DNA of 63,682 nt, filler included, from Octopus bimaculoides (GCF_001194135.2; 6 parts of 6 records of this genome joined end to end with filler, not necessarily neighbours in it); one strand, 5' to 3'; counted from the first letter of the whole stretch, positions 1 to 12,262 are shown. Program-made: numbers and translations. Notes: a model not told the origin generated them from the sequence alone.

Positions 1-312
1 CTACGTCTTGTGTTCGTTCATGCGGAACGACTTGTTGGTCAGTCTCCTTGCCTGCTGTTAGAGGCAAATCGACCACGTGTGAAGGCCTAGCCATATTTCT
101 TTTACGAAATATGGCAAATAAGCCGGAGAAAAATCAAGAACTTTTGGAAATAAACTCCAGAAGGAGCCACTTCCTATTACAAAAACCCAATAGGGTCGAA
201 GTGTATAGACTTATACACCTCTTCCACAAAAAATATTTTAAAACTGCAAAAGTTTTGACATATAAAAGGCCAACTTACTTGCGAGCCGATGTGACTAGCA
301 TCCGTCCAGATC

Positions 313-314
313 AG

Positions 315-345
<31 letters not shown>

Positions 346-390
346 CAGATATATACATAGATATATAGATATATAGATACATAGATATGA
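313..390. repeat. (GATA)n/(GATAT)n microsatellite
   Basis: Tandem gata units directly visible. Confidence 0.9.
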
Positions 391-1291
391 TAGAGTGTTA
401 CCCACCGTATATCAGGTAACTTTGGAAGTATCATTTCGTCACCATAGGTATTGCAGGGAAATATTTCGTTCACACAATAATCATAACTTAGTTTTTACCA
501 AATATCTTGGTGCTTAAATGTATGCTAATTATTACTAAATATCCAATACACTGTCATATACTCCTCTTGTTCTGCCTCCTCCGTCTTTGTGATGTTTTCA
601 CTCACTGTGTGTGTAGCGTTCTTCACTCATTGCATATCATGCAACCTCGTATGTGACCTTATCCTGAAACTTTCACGTTAATTCCCTCTGTATCTCTCTA
701 TCCCATTTGTAAACGATGCAACGCGTATTGGGGAAATCAAACGTCCAACCAATCAATGCCCATCACGGCGGATCTATATTAAGCTATTTTAATCTGTTGT
801 ATATAACGAAATTTTATTCGGCTGGGTGTTCGCAACACCAGTGGCTTCCTATTTTCCGATGGTAACAACTTTTGCTTAAGCATGCTGGCTGTGAATACAT
901 GTTATTGGACACGTCCGACATGACATGATATCTGCTTTATTAAATAATGTTTTCTCTACAAAATGTTACCTCTTATAAACTGTAACTAGAGACAGCAAAA
1001 CTGAATGGTTTAATAAGTTCGCTTTGCAATCACGAGTATCCTAGTTCGATCCCACTGAGCTGAATATTTAGTAACTTAGGTTTAGTACAGCGATGTGAGC
1101 TTAGTGTCTATATGTGAAATTAAGGAGACGGATTGCTGTACAGTCAGATGGAAGTTATGTAGAATCCAATGACTTACATTTGGGACAGGCTCACGTTGGT
1201 TCTGCTTGAGGATTGGGTCAAGGTCATAAATGGGTTTTTTACATTTCTCCACCATTTACACGTTAATTCAATGAGAACTTAATTTCAACAG

Positions 1292-1303
1292 ATAGAGCAA
1301 TCG
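1292..1303 (+). CDS. Possible 12-nt microexon (ATAGAGCAATCG)
   Basis: aatttcaacag acceptor and CG|GTAAGT donor; frame-preserving; phase-compatible with 4629-4687. Could easily be chance. Confidence 0.2.
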
Positions 1304-2822
1304 GTAAGTCATCCTCGACTGAGATCCACTAACTTAGTTCTTGCACCACAAACCTTATAACCGCACGTTAGTTTCTATAATAAAATAGTTCCGACGTATG
1401 ATTAATCATGAAATTGTTATAGGTATTTCTGAAACACCATCAAACTATATTTTGTTATCACACACTCACGAGCTCGAGCGATATTGGACCTTGTATGCAG
1501 ACATAAGGCCAGCTAGAAATGCCAGCCAAGTCACACAATACAACTAGCTTCCTACGTGGCCGTAAAGCCCTGATAAAAATGTTAACTAAATCCCTTAAAG
1601 AATTAGGATTCATTGTATAATAATAGCGGACACAGCTGAAACCCTTTGGTTTTAGATTTGTTCGATTGGTAATAACTGGATCAGTTCAGTTAGTTTACAT
1701 ACGTTTTTGTGAAATGTATTTATAATTAAATTCAACTGGAAATGGTATTTCAGGAGAAATACAATAGTATTTATTGCTATGAGATGATTAGCTAACTTTT
1801 AACCTTCATCGCACGCGAGAGAAGAAGCGTGGTAGTTAGATAGGGAGGTAAGAGCGCATACGGATAGGACATGAAAATGGCGTTTATTTGTAGTAAAAAA
1901 AAAAAACAGAAAAGAATATAAATAAAATAAAAGGAGAGCGGAGTGAGTTGAAGTATAAATTATTCGTTTTTCGTATCAGATTACTGAATCTAATTAAACC
2001 AAAGGAAATTCCGCTGTTGTTTATGTCAAAAAGAAATGCATATGGCTGTTAATTGATTGCCAGTATTATGGATTAGAAGGGTTCTCGATTTAAACACTTG
2101 CTGTTCAGAAACTGGCATCAAATCATAATTCATCGAAGCGACAAATGACTAAAGAGGCACCAGCCATTATCATTACGTATATGTATGTATTCGGGACTAT
2201 AATATGCAAAGTATCTTCCTCCTATAATGCATCTCCGTGTAGATTTGATGGGGATTTGTTTGTTTTTCTAGCATGTTGATTGTTCACAGAGAAGTTCTTG
2301 CGTTGGCTCACGATTAAAATTGTTATATAAAATTTATGCATATAGTATTGGTAATTAAGGAATCGTAAATTAATTGCTGCAAATAAGCGTTGAACTATTG
2401 AATTTGATACTACATAGAGAAGACAATCCTTGATTTAGATATCGTTCAGAAAATAAAACAAAACAAATTACAAAAAGCCAATTTTGAACGAAAGAATGTA
2501 CTGATGATCACGCAAAATATTTCATAAAAATGTAAATAAATAAATTATGACTAAATAGATAAACAGTTAAGCCAGCACTATCCAATAGAATTTTAATCGC
2601 ATTTATCTCATATGCTTGGTCTTGTAGTTTGTAGTTTTAATTATGGAGATATAAATCTGCATCCGTGATTGATTTGTGTTTATTATGTTTTAGAGTATCT
2701 TTATAGATATAACCGCTACACATTTTCTTCTTCTAAGTATCAGTCTGTGTTTAAGGATAGAAAATCGGGAGGAAAGAAGGAATAAAGTTATATATTTTGT
2801 CAATAAAATTAGAGACTCTTAC

Positions 2823-2979
2823 ATCTGTACTTGTACTCCACCGACGAGTCTTTTGTTGCCTTTAGCTGAGCTGACTCTGTTATAAGAATGTTTGGCCATG
2901 TCTCATGCTTGAGGATATGTAATTTCTTCTGCCAGTCATAGAGTCCATGAAAAGAGTCACGCATGCCATTATTTTTCCT
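2823..2979 (-). CDS. Putative internal coding exon of an unidentified minus-strand gene (RKNNGMRDSFHGLYDWQKKLHILKHETWPNILITESAQLKATKDSSVEYKYR)
   Basis: Pyrimidine-rich acceptor (tttgttttgccttttgtgacattttag) and GTAAGA donor; 157 nt with exactly one open frame (phase 0 to 1) in AT-rich DNA. Confidence 0.55.
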
Positions 2980-3015
2980 CTAAAATGTCACAAAAGGCAA
3001 AACAAATAAATAAAT

Positions 3016-3190
3016 TGTTACGTCTCCAGCTACTGCTATCTAGCACCTTCGGATGATCTCTACTCAACCGCTACTCGACTGCTCCTCGTCAGCTACTCAA
3101 CTCCTACTGAAAACTCTACCACGGTCAGACTACCTCTATTTATATATCTTGGGCCATCCTACTTCTTCGCTTGTGGGCGTCGACACAACA
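3016..3190 (-). mobile_element. Solo LTR (175 bp)
   Basis: TGTT...AACA termini; exact 5-bp TSD TAAAT (3011-3015 and 3191-3195); TATATAAATA on the minus strand. Confidence 0.7.
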
Positions 3191-3813
3191 TAAATAAAGG
3201 TAAAAAGAATAATTAAAATAAAAACAACATATATTCGGCACTATATTTAATATATTTTTGACTTGCCCGTCAATCCTTTCTTCCTTCTTAGATAAAGAGT
3301 TAAAATAAAACAGAGCTCAAGTATTGAGTTGATTTATTCGACTATACTCATCCAGTTCCGAATATGTGATAAATCACTCTCTTGACAAATAATTGTTTTC
3401 AGATTTGATCTAGATTTGTTGCATCTTGATTTTTGAATGATTTTTCTTCGGTGATTATGGAGTGATTTGACAGTTCTGCTTCTGTAAGTAAGCTGTTTTG
3501 ATATTGATCAAACTAGATGTGGTTAAGAAGGCCGTTACGAAACTACGTGAGAAAGTGTGTCTTCTATTATTATACCAGTTCGAACAACACCTTTTGAAGG
3601 AATTTGACCGATAAGTGTATATTGTCTCTCTTTCTCTGTATGTATGTTTGTATGTATGTATGTATGTATGTATGCATGTATGTACGTATCTGTATGTATA
3701 TGCGCATATATATATATATANNNNNNNNNNNNNNNNNNNNNNNNNNNNNNNNNNNNNNNNNNNNNNNNNNNNNNNNNNNNNNATATATGTACATATATAG
3801 ACGTATCCGCATT

Positions 3814-3844
<31 letters not shown>

Positions 3845-4059
3845 ATATAGATAAATACATATATATACATGTATGTATGTTTGCATATGTATGTATGGAT
3901 GCATATGTATGTATGTATGTATGTATGTATGCGAGCTTCTGTTTTACTGCTTGACAATTGGTGTAAGAATCATTGCGTTTCGTAAATTAGCAGAACAACA
4001 TCCCACCACAAAAAAAAAAAAAACACGGCTAGACTAAATAAGAGACCTTAAATATGTAC

Positions 4060-4122
4060 TGGCAGTGATTTGATCGTTTTAAAAATTGAAGACGCCGCTT
4101 CAGCATGATTGATGTCCAATAA
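4060..4122 (-). CDS. Possible coding exon (LLDINHAEAASSIFKTIKSLP)
   Basis: Strong acceptor (ttgtttcatctttttcag); 63 nt phase 0 to 0, fits between 16386 and 2979; donor GTACAT is weak. Confidence 0.3.
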
Positions 4123-4149
4123 CTGAAAAAGATGAAACAATGGAAGAAT

Positions 4150-4315
4150 AGAAGTGGCTGTGTGGTAAGAAGCTTGCATCCCAACCACATGATTCTGGGT
4201 TCAGTCCCCCTATATGGCACCTTGAAGAAGTGTCTTCTGCTGTAGCCTCCGATTAACCAAAGCCTAGTGAGTGGATTTGATTGACAGAAACTGAAAGAAG
4301 TCAGTAGTATATATA
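4150..4315 (+). mobile_element. SINE family A (Octopus OK-type tRNA-derived SINE), 5' half
   Basis: Head agtggctgtgtggtaagaagcttg, B-box-like gggttcagtccc, body gagtggatttg...gaaactgaaagaag shared with other copies in the window. Confidence 0.8.
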
Positions 4316-4390
4316 TGTATATCTATATACTAATATAACTCTCAGATTGCTTGCTTGTCTCTCATTTAATATAGCCAAACTGGTGCATAA

Positions 4391-5075
4391 TGGGAAATTA
4401 ATATGAATTAAGGTACCTCTGAAATGTAAATACAAACGGAGTAGAACAAGTTTCGCGTAAATCGGACCACGGATTCCTGAGATATGGGGGTGAGGAATTG
4501 GGATATCCACAAATACCCAAAATGGTACATAGTGGGGAAATACTCCGAAAATAACATAATCCTGAAATGAAAGAAACCTTAACCTTTAGATTTGGGACAT
4601 TATGATCAATGTCTTCTGTATTTTGCAGACAAAGTAAATGACCCGGGCAAAAGTCTTGCCAACGAAAAAATACGAGTTATTTTTACAGTAAATATTTCTA
4701 TTTTCGCATTTGTTAAACACATTATTTTAATCATTTAGAAATATTTTTAAGTGTATGTGATTTTAAAAATACAAGTTGTTTTTACAATAGTTATATTTTA
4801 ACTTTCTTTAAACAGACAATATGTAGATTTTTAAAAATATTATTTTCAAGTGAATACTATTCCAAAAACTTTTGGGGGCGTCTTTAAAAAAATATTTCTT
4901 AGTGAAAATGACTTCAAAAAGGTAAATATTTCGTAAAAAACCCGTTCGTACCTCGGTGTGAAATAATTTTCTTCCACAGGTTTTTTCGAGTGCATTTTGT
5001 TTCCAAAAACGCTGCAAGTCATTTTTTCCCGAACAGAAAGGGGTGGAAGGTGGTGGGTACCTTGGAGTTTCCCAC
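4391..5075. mobile_element. Possible Helentron/DINE-like or unclassified DNA element remnant
   Basis: Partial inverted ends (tgggaaa..aaggtacc / ggtaccttggagtttccca) and an atatctcaggaatccgtggtccgatttacgcgaaactt motif reminiscent of DINE/HINE elements. Confidence 0.25.
4629..4687 (+). CDS. Possible exon (KVNDPGKSLANEKIRVIFT)
   Basis: ttctgtattttgcag acceptor, ACA|GTAAAT donor, single open frame (phase 1 to 0); may lie inside a repeat remnant. Confidence 0.25.
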
Positions 5076-6068
5076 CAACTGCTCGCGATATCAACGAAAC
5101 ATTTGGTGGGGAAACGATCAGTAAGTGGTCAGCTCGAAAATGGTTTAAACGATTTCGCAGTGGAGACCTGAGCCTTGAAGATCGTGAGCGTAGTGGACGT
5201 CCACCTGTCATCGATGACGGTCAATTAAAGACCGTCATTAAGACGGAATCCACGTGAAACAGCTCGCGAACTGGCGAAAGAACTTCAAGTTAGCCAGAAA
5301 ACAGCCTGCTACCATTTGCATGCGATTGGAAAATCAAAAAAGTTGACAAATGTGTACCNNNNNNNNNNNNNNNNNNNNNNNNNNNNNNNNNNNNNNNCAA
5401 TTTCTCGACCGTATGGTAACTTGCAATGAAAAGTGGATTCTGTGGAATAAAAAAAAAACGTTCTTCGCAGTTTTTGGAACAAACTGAAGCACTGGAAACC
5501 TTCCCTAAACTCGAGCTCTTCAAAAAGAAGATTATGGTGACTGTTTGGTGGTGTACTACTGGATTCATCCATTATAACTTCTTAAGGCTCGGAAAAACCA
5601 TTACTGCAGAAACATTGCCACGAAATTGCCAAAATGAAGGAAAAACTGCCACTCCTCCGTCTCAGACTGGTCAACAGAAGAAGGCCAATCCTTCTTCATG
5701 ACAATGCTCGACAACACGTTTCACTAATGACGCTACAGAAGTTGCGGGAACTTGGCTACGAAGTTCTTCCCCACCTAGCTTATTCTGCAGACTTTTCTTC
5801 TACGAACTATCACTTTTTCAAGCACCGTAATGGTTTCTGCGAGAGATGGAGTTCAAAAATCAAACTGATGCTGAAACTGCGTTCAAAGAGTTCATCAGCT
5901 CCAGAACTCCAGATTTTTGTAATACTGGAATAAACACACTTGTACCTCGTTGGCAAAAAACTGTGTTGATTTAATTGTATTAACTTTGATGAATATAATT
6001 TTCGCGTTGCTGAAATATATTGTGATGAATTTCATGTTTCAAAACGTTTCTTACTTTTTACTCAGCCT
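5075..6068 (+). mobile_element. Decayed mariner transposon, 5'-truncated
   Basis: Frameshifted transposase: HTH ARKWFKRFRSGDLSLEDRERSGRP, IMVTVWW, LLHDNARQH, PHLAYSADFSSTNYHFF (YSPDLAP-like); TIR-like 3' end ttactttttactcagcct. Confidence 0.9.
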
Positions 6069-6069
6069 G

Positions 6070-6285
6070 TGTGTGTGTCTATGTGTCTGCGTTTATCTCC
6101 CAACCACTGCTTGACCATCTGTGTTTGTTTGTGTATGTCCCTATAACTTACCAGTTCGGCAAAAATGATTGATAGAATAAATACCAGGCTTAAAAATGTA
6201 CTGGGGTAGAATCATCCAACTAAAACTCTTAGAGGCGTTTCCCCAACATGGCCACAGTCTAATGACTAAAACAAGTAAAAGATAG
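6070..6285 (+). mobile_element. SINE family A, 3' half
   Basis: aacttaccagttcggcaaaa...caacatggccacagtctaatgactaaaacaagtaaaag tail. Confidence 0.75.
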
Positions 6286-6754
6286 ATGATAAAAGATAAG
6301 CGTAACAAGGAGAGGGAAATAAAGTATATGTTTATACATGTGTGTATGTGTGTGCGTGTGAATGCACGTAAGTATTTATTTACCAGTAAAGATAAACACA
6401 GTTATCTCAAGCACAATGTATTTGGAGGTTACTGCGCGTCTCTCCTACTGAGAACGCCGCATCACTGTTTGTTGCAAGAGTTGAGAAAAAGGTCAATGAT
6501 AGGATGGGGCATCCGGTTGCAGAAAATTGTCTCACAAATCAGTAGGACCAAATCTAAGATAGAAAAGCTCTCACAAATCACTGATGATCACGATCAAAAT
6601 GTATTTATTGATGTATTTCGGAAAAAAAAAGATAAGCAATTGCTCCGCACAGTTTCAAAGTGATTAGTCGAATATTGTATTAAAAAAGTCCAGTAGGGTT
6701 GTGCTTGATTAAGCGAAATTATGATCGTAGACACGCTCAACAAAAAGAAGCTTT

Positions 6755-6905
6755 TCTTCGCTCAACCTACAAGAAATAACTGTCACATCCTCATCCTACT
6801 ATCACATCCTACTATCTTAGAAAAGTAATGTTATTATTCGATAATGTTATGGGTGCAATGATTGTACAAATAACGGGATGCTCATGGCCGAAATATCAAT
6901 GAAGA
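6755..6905 (+). repeat. Dispersed repeat family D (probable retroposon tail)
   Basis: agaaata(a/g)c...tcac(a/c)..ctac..tctt..aaa motif recurs at about 22875, 44075, 55405 and 56190. Confidence 0.5.
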
Positions 6906-6914
6906 TACAGTCGC

Positions 6915-7378
6915 ACACATGGTTGTGTTACTGAGAAGCACACTTTGCAGGTTCATGGTTCCGAGTTAGTTCTACTGCATCACGCATTGGAACAGGCTTT
7001 TCTGCCGTAGATCCTGGTCGACCAATGTTTTGTGTGTGAATTTGGCAGACGGAAAACTGTGTCGGAGCCCGTCGTGTGTGTGTATATACACACACACATA
7101 TATATGTATGTATGTATACATATATGCTTATGCATGTATTTGTATATGAGTGTGTCGAGTGTGCGCATGTGCGTGTTTGTGTTTATGCTTTTCACCACTA
7201 CACATCGCATGACAACTGGTGCTACCTTCCCGTAACTTAGTGCTTTTGCAAAGAACACCGATGGAATAAGTACCCGACGTACAAATACGTGCTGAGGCCA
7301 ATTTTTTCGACTAAACCATACAATGTGGTGCTCCAGTATGTCCATAGTCCAACGACTAAAATAAGTTAAAGATAAAAA
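6915..7378 (+). mobile_element. SINE family A, full-length degenerate, with internal microsatellite
   Basis: Head, body, central (TA/TG)n and gtggtgctccagtatgtcc...taaaataag tail in order. Confidence 0.75.
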
Positions 7379-7924
7379 AGACTCCATCACAGGACTGCCC
7401 TCCGCTAAATAACAACAGCAAAAACAACGGAAGCAGCAACAGTACGCATGCATGTAGCAGCGTTATTCTGCTACCCATGGAATCATTCACACAGTTTCAA
7501 AAATCTGAAATTAGAATAACACAAAATAAATGATTGTAAAAACAGTACAAATGCTTTGTGGAATATTATTTTACAAAACTGAAACTAGGTTTTGATGTAT
7601 TTATACACTGCAGTTTTGAAGCATAATCAAAATGTTTTTTTAACGGAGTGACGTTGAAATTGTCAATACTAAAAAAATCTCAGAGAACATATATTTGATT
7701 TAGCTAGTGAAATGACATTTTGTGTTATTTTATTTCAATTTTCTACTCCTTGATTTAGAAAAAAATTAAAAAAAATATAATATTTTATTGCTAGAAGTAA
7801 CGGAAATTAATATTTAAACGGAAATTAGTTTATCATAGCGCGAAAATCATTGGAAATGTAACAGAAAACCTTTAAACATTTATGAATAATCTTTCTCACT
7901 CACTTTCTCTCTCTATCTAACTAT

Positions 7925-7963
<39 letters not shown>

Positions 7964-8163
7964 NNNNNNNNNNNNNNNNNNNNNNNNNNNNNNNNNNNNN
8001 NNNNNNNNNNNNNNNNNNNNNNNNNNNNNNNNNNNNNNNNNNNNNNNNNNNNNNNNNNNNNNNNNNNNNNNNNNNNNNNNNNNNNNNNNNNNNNNNNNNN
8101 NNNNNNNNNNNNNNNNNNNNNNNNNNNNNNNNNNNNNNNNNNNNNNNNNNNNNNNNNNNNNNN

Positions 8164-8776
8164 TATATATATAATACAAATAATATGTGAGTATATGCAT
8201 ATATATATGTACATGTATGTACATACTTACATCTACATGTATATATAAATGGATATCTGGATACAGGACATCACAAAGAAACGTGGACTAAATGAAAAAC
8301 GAGAACATAAACAGAGCACGGAACAGTGCCCGTAACCTAGCGGTTCGGCAAAAGAGACCGATACAAGTGCTAGGCGTGCTAGGCTTACAGCGAATAAGTC
8401 CTGGGGTCGATTTACTCGACTAAAGGCGGTGCTCCAGCATNNNNNNNNNNATATATATATATATAATACAAATAATATGTGAGTATATGCATATATATAT
8501 GTACATGTATGTACATACTTACATCTACATGTATATATAAATGGATATCTGGATACAGGACATCACAAAGAAACGTGGACTAAATGAAAAACGAGAACAT
8601 AAACAGAGCACGGAACAGTGCCCGTAACCTAGCGGTTCGGCAAAAGAGACCGATNNNNNNNNNNNNNNNNNNNNNNNNNNNNNNNNNNNNNNNNNNNNNN
8701 NNNNNNNNNNNNNGCTAGGCTTACAGCGAATAAGTCCTGGGGTCGATTTACTCGACTAAAGGCGGTGCTCCAGCAT
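8164..8776. other. Probable assembly false duplication across a 10-N gap
   Basis: 8164-8440 is repeated base for base as 8453-8654 plus 8714-8776, interrupted only by Ns. Confidence 0.75.
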
Positions 8777-8815
8777 GGCCACAGTCAAATGACTGAAACA
8801 AGTAAAAAAAAAAAG
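8328..8815 (+). mobile_element. SINE family A 3' tail (present twice because of the duplication)
   Basis: cgtaacctagcggttcggcaaaagagaccgat...ggcggtgctccagcatggccacagtcaaatgactgaaacaagtaaaa. Confidence 0.8.
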
Positions 8816-8969
8816 AGTCCAGGAAGTCTAAGATGATCCGAGAATACTTGAACTCAGTAGAGTATTACTCAAAAATAAATAACATATGGTATTGGTATCT
8901 TGTTTCTTTTTCTAACGTTTCTTCTAGTCCAAAGTTCTGTGTAGCTCTAATATTGTGTTAATTTTGCCA

Positions 8970-9155
8970 TAAGGCCAGCAGTTTTAAGATGAAAGGGCAA
9001 GTGGATTACATCGAACCCTGTACATGGTGGTACTAAGTTAATGATTTCGGTGGAATCAAGGACAAAGTTGACCTGGCCAGTTCGTAAAAAAACTGGAAAA
9101 TATGCTTCTAAGCATTTGGTCCGACGCGGTAAACAGTCTGTCAGCCCGCCGCTTT
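8970..9155 (-). mobile_element. SINE family B, degenerate
   Basis: gattacatcgaaccc...caaagttgacc...ctaagcatt...ctgtcagcccgccg pattern. Confidence 0.6.
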
Positions 9156-9200
9156 AGTACTAATACTAATATCTCTAATATTTACTAATAATCTAATGAT

Positions 9201-9416
9201 GGTTTCAAAGTTTGGCTCAAGGCCAGTAATATCGGCGGAAGGAATAAGTCGATTACATCGACCCCAGCGTTCAGCTGGTTCTTATTTTATTGACCCTGAA
9301 AGCATAAATGGCAAAGTCGACTTTCAGAGGAATTTGAACTCAGAACAAAACGACGGACGAAATACCGCAAAGAGTTTCCCCCGGCATGCTAACGATTCTG
9401 CCAGCGCGCTGCCTTA
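9201..9416 (-). mobile_element. SINE family B (tRNA-derived head, MetaSINE-like core), type-1 tail
   Basis: Reverse complement of ggcagcgcgctggcagaatcgttagc head, gagttcaaattcc B-box and gtcgactttgcc core. Confidence 0.85.
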
Positions 9417-9446
9417 ACAAATTATCTAATATTAATAACTGTGCTA

Positions 9447-9790
9447 GTGAAAGCGCATGGCTCAATGGTTAGACCGTCGAGCTTACGATCGTGAGGTTGT
9501 GAGTTCGAATCCCGGACCGGGCTGCATGTTTTGTTCTTGAGCAAGACATTTCATTTCATGTTGCTCCAGTTCACTCAGCTGTAGAAATGAGTTGCGATGT
9601 ATCTAGTGCCAAGCTGTATCGGTCCCTTTGCCTTTCCCTTGGATAACACTGCTGGCGTGGAGAGGGGAGGCCGGTGTGCATGGGCGACTGCTGGTCTTCC
9701 ATAAACAACCTTGCCCGGACTTGTGTCAGGGAGGGTAACTTTCTTGGTGCAATCCCATGGTCAGTCATGATCGAAGGCGGTCTCAACAAC
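9447..9790 (+). mobile_element. SINE family C, full-length
   Basis: A-box tggctcaatggttag, B-box gagttcgaatccc, central tcttgagcaagacatttcatttc..ctccagttcactcagctg domain, long 3' tail. Confidence 0.8.
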
Positions 9791-9914
9791 AACTGTACTG
9801 TATACTAACAACCGAGGCGAAAATAAATGTTTGCTCAACATGATGTACAGAGAAAGCCACATCTCAAATCACAAAATGAATTATACACTCCAACTTGCAA
9901 TAAGAAATTCTTTT

Positions 9915-10117
9915 CTTTTTTATGTGTTTCAGTCATTTGAATGCGGCTATGCTAGAGCACCGCATTTAGTCGAGAAAATCAGACCCCAGGACTTAATCTT
10001 TGTAAGCCTAGTACTTCTTCTATCGGTCTCTTTTCCCTAACCGCTAAGTTATGGGGATGTAAACATACCACCATCGGTTGTCAAACGATGGTGGGGCGAC
10101 AAATACAGACACAAACA

Positions 10118-10162
<45 letters not shown>

Positions 10163-10290
10163 GGACGTCTTTTAATTTCCGTATACCAAACCCACTCACA
10201 CAGATTTGGTCGGCTATAGTTCAGTGGGACTGAACCCAGAACCATGTGGCTGGTAAGTAAGCTAGTTACCACACATCCACTCCTACGCCT
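9915..10290 (-). mobile_element. SINE family A, near full-length with internal deletion
   Basis: Tail tttcagtcatttgaatgcggc, internal (CA)n, head accacacatccactcctacgcct. Confidence 0.85.
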
Positions 10291-10309
10291 AAAAAGAAAA
10301 TACGCACGC

Positions 10310-10382
10310 CTCCCGGGTGGGGAATCAAACCTCGGTCTCCCGCGTGACGGGTGGGGATAGTTAGACATTTTTGCAACAGAGA
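10310..10382 (-). pseudogene. tRNA-Asp(GTC) pseudogene
   Basis: Minus strand TATCCCCACCCGTCACGCGGGAGACCGAGGTTTGATTCCCCACCCGGGAG closely matches the 3' two-thirds of metazoan tRNA-Asp; anticodon GTC at 10346-10348; D-arm/A-box decayed, T54-T-T instead of TTC; TTTTCTTTTT terminator follows. Confidence 0.75.
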
Positions 10383-10809
10383 TATTATCATTCAAATCTA
10401 ACCACTACTGTAAATATATAATAAAACTTAGTAAAATCCACTTCCCAGTCCAAGCTCCTTTTCTTTTTAAATAACCCCTTTTAGTGGAGATTGCATTGAC
10501 AGATACTTAAGGAGAGAGAGTGGGAGCGAGAGAGGGAGAGACAGTGTGTATGTGTGCGTGCGTATGTGTAAAAGTGTAATAGGATGTGTGCGTATATCCG
10601 CTAGTTATTTGTAATAGCAGTAATAGTGATATCAGAAAATAATGAGGTGAGAAGAATGTATATGAGACCGTGTGTCGAAGCACCACATCCCTTACCGAAA
10701 TCCTACGGTTGGACGGGGATTTAGGCATTTTAGGCTTTATTCTGTCACTCTTCGTTATAGCACAATGATGTTGGCACAGATCGACAGTCAATTAATTCTA
10801 CTTTACTTT

Positions 10810-10950
10810 GTACTTGACTGCTACTTTCATGACCATAGAAATCTTGAACGATGAAAGACAAATTTGACCCCGACGAAGTTTGAATTCAGAACGTAAAGAG
10901 TTGAACCAAATCCTACAAGGGATATTTCCCAGGATGTAATGATTCACACA
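10810..10950 (-). mobile_element. SINE family B, degenerate fragment
   Basis: gatgaaagacaaatttgacc...ttgaattcagaacgtaaag core. Confidence 0.55.
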
Positions 10951-11284
10951 CTCTGCTATACTTTCTCTTCTCTGGCATCAAACAAAGTGAAAATAATGGA
11001 CACCATTTCATACTTCACTGAACCAATTACGAGATAAGAATGAAACAAGGTCAATGTAGTTAATACGAATATCTTCAACAATTATGGAAACAACACAAAC
11101 ACGCACTCACGTATGTACGGTCGAAATCACGGACACACGAGCGTACACACATACGCGCGCGCACACACACACACACATACACACATATACATGCGTATAC
11201 GCTGACACATACACCTATATGTAAATAACACGCAGAACCATACGTATATGTGTGTGTGTATATATGTATGTGTGTATATATGTA

Positions 11285-11325
<41 letters not shown>

Positions 11326-11657
11326 NNNNNNNNNNNNNNNNNNNNNNNNNNNNNNNNNNNNNNNNNNNNNNNNNNNNNNNNNNNNNNNNNNNNNNTATAT
11401 ATAACACATATATATACATATACACACATATATCTATATACACACATATATATGCATATGTGTGTGCAAATTTGTGTGTTTGTCTATGTGTATTTGTATG
11501 TATAGATATATAGATATTTACAAATACACACACAGCTATATATACACATACACGCCCACATAAACGTATGTACTTATATATGTTTGCATATACACGTATA
11601 TGCATATATACGCACTCACACGCACATAAACACACATACAAACACACATGGATGTCA

Positions 11658-11700
<43 letters not shown>

Positions 11701-11719
11701 NNNNNNNNNNNNNNNNNNN

Positions 11720-11783
<64 letters not shown>

Positions 11784-11899
11784 TGTGTCTGTGTACATGA
11801 ACGTATGTACAGGTAGTGGCGTAGTTTAGAAGTTCACTTATCAAATACGATCTTAGTTCCCCATATCAGTGCAACGTATCTTGGTGAAATGCTCTTATA

Positions 11900-12262
11900 C
11901 GAGATCTGATCAATAAATATCCGGACTATTGCCATAGTAACGAAGCTAAAGTATGCAGAGTAAAGCCGCTTGGCAAAGATTGACTGTGAAATTCTTGTGC
12001 ATGCGCAATACATATTAACGCTCTAGCTGATTTCCGCTGTTAAAATAAGTGCCTGGGAATAAGGCGTGTCGCGCGCGATCGTCACATTGACCATGACAGA
12101 GAAAGTGGTCGTGGAGATACCTGCTCAGAGGCCTACGCGAAGTTGCAGAAAGTGTATCGAGGGTAGTGTATAAGCTGCGCACATCTGTGCGAGTGCTTCG
12201 GAACTTTCCAAGATAGCCGATAAAAATGTTAATACTGATGAACGTTCTGGGACACCCACAGA
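11900..12262 (+). mobile_element. Mariner 5' end fragment (TA-CGAG-type TIR)
   Basis: TA|cgagatctgatcaataaatatccggact TIR, then decayed N-terminal HTH (SEAYAKLQKVY...). Confidence 0.7.

Noticed and set aside
48-320. 90-aa ORF and overlapping minus-strand open segment (NMARPSHVVDLPL...)
   Set aside because: No recognisable domain; ends in a microsatellite; minus-strand acceptor is weak and phase-incompatible with the 2823 exon.
745-790. CCAAT plus TATA-like motif
   Set aside because: Common by chance in AT-rich DNA; no downstream gene or element identified.
1178-1280. Minus-strand GTAAGT donor with open frames upstream
   Set aside because: No convincing acceptor; frame ambiguous.
3455-3957. 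Cluster of ORFs rich in YI/CV/HT dipeptides (and all similar ORFs at 11-12, 15-16, 19-24, 27-32, 40, 42-43, 47, 50-54 kb)
   Set aside because: Translations of dinucleotide/tetranucleotide microsatellites and N runs.
4408-4562. 48-codon open minus-strand segment with strong acceptor
   Set aside because: Lies in a probable DINE/Helentron-like remnant; donor weak.
6460-6555. Minus-strand acceptor with LVLLICETIFCNRMPHPIIDLFLNSCNK frame
   Set aside because: No acceptable donor before the stop.
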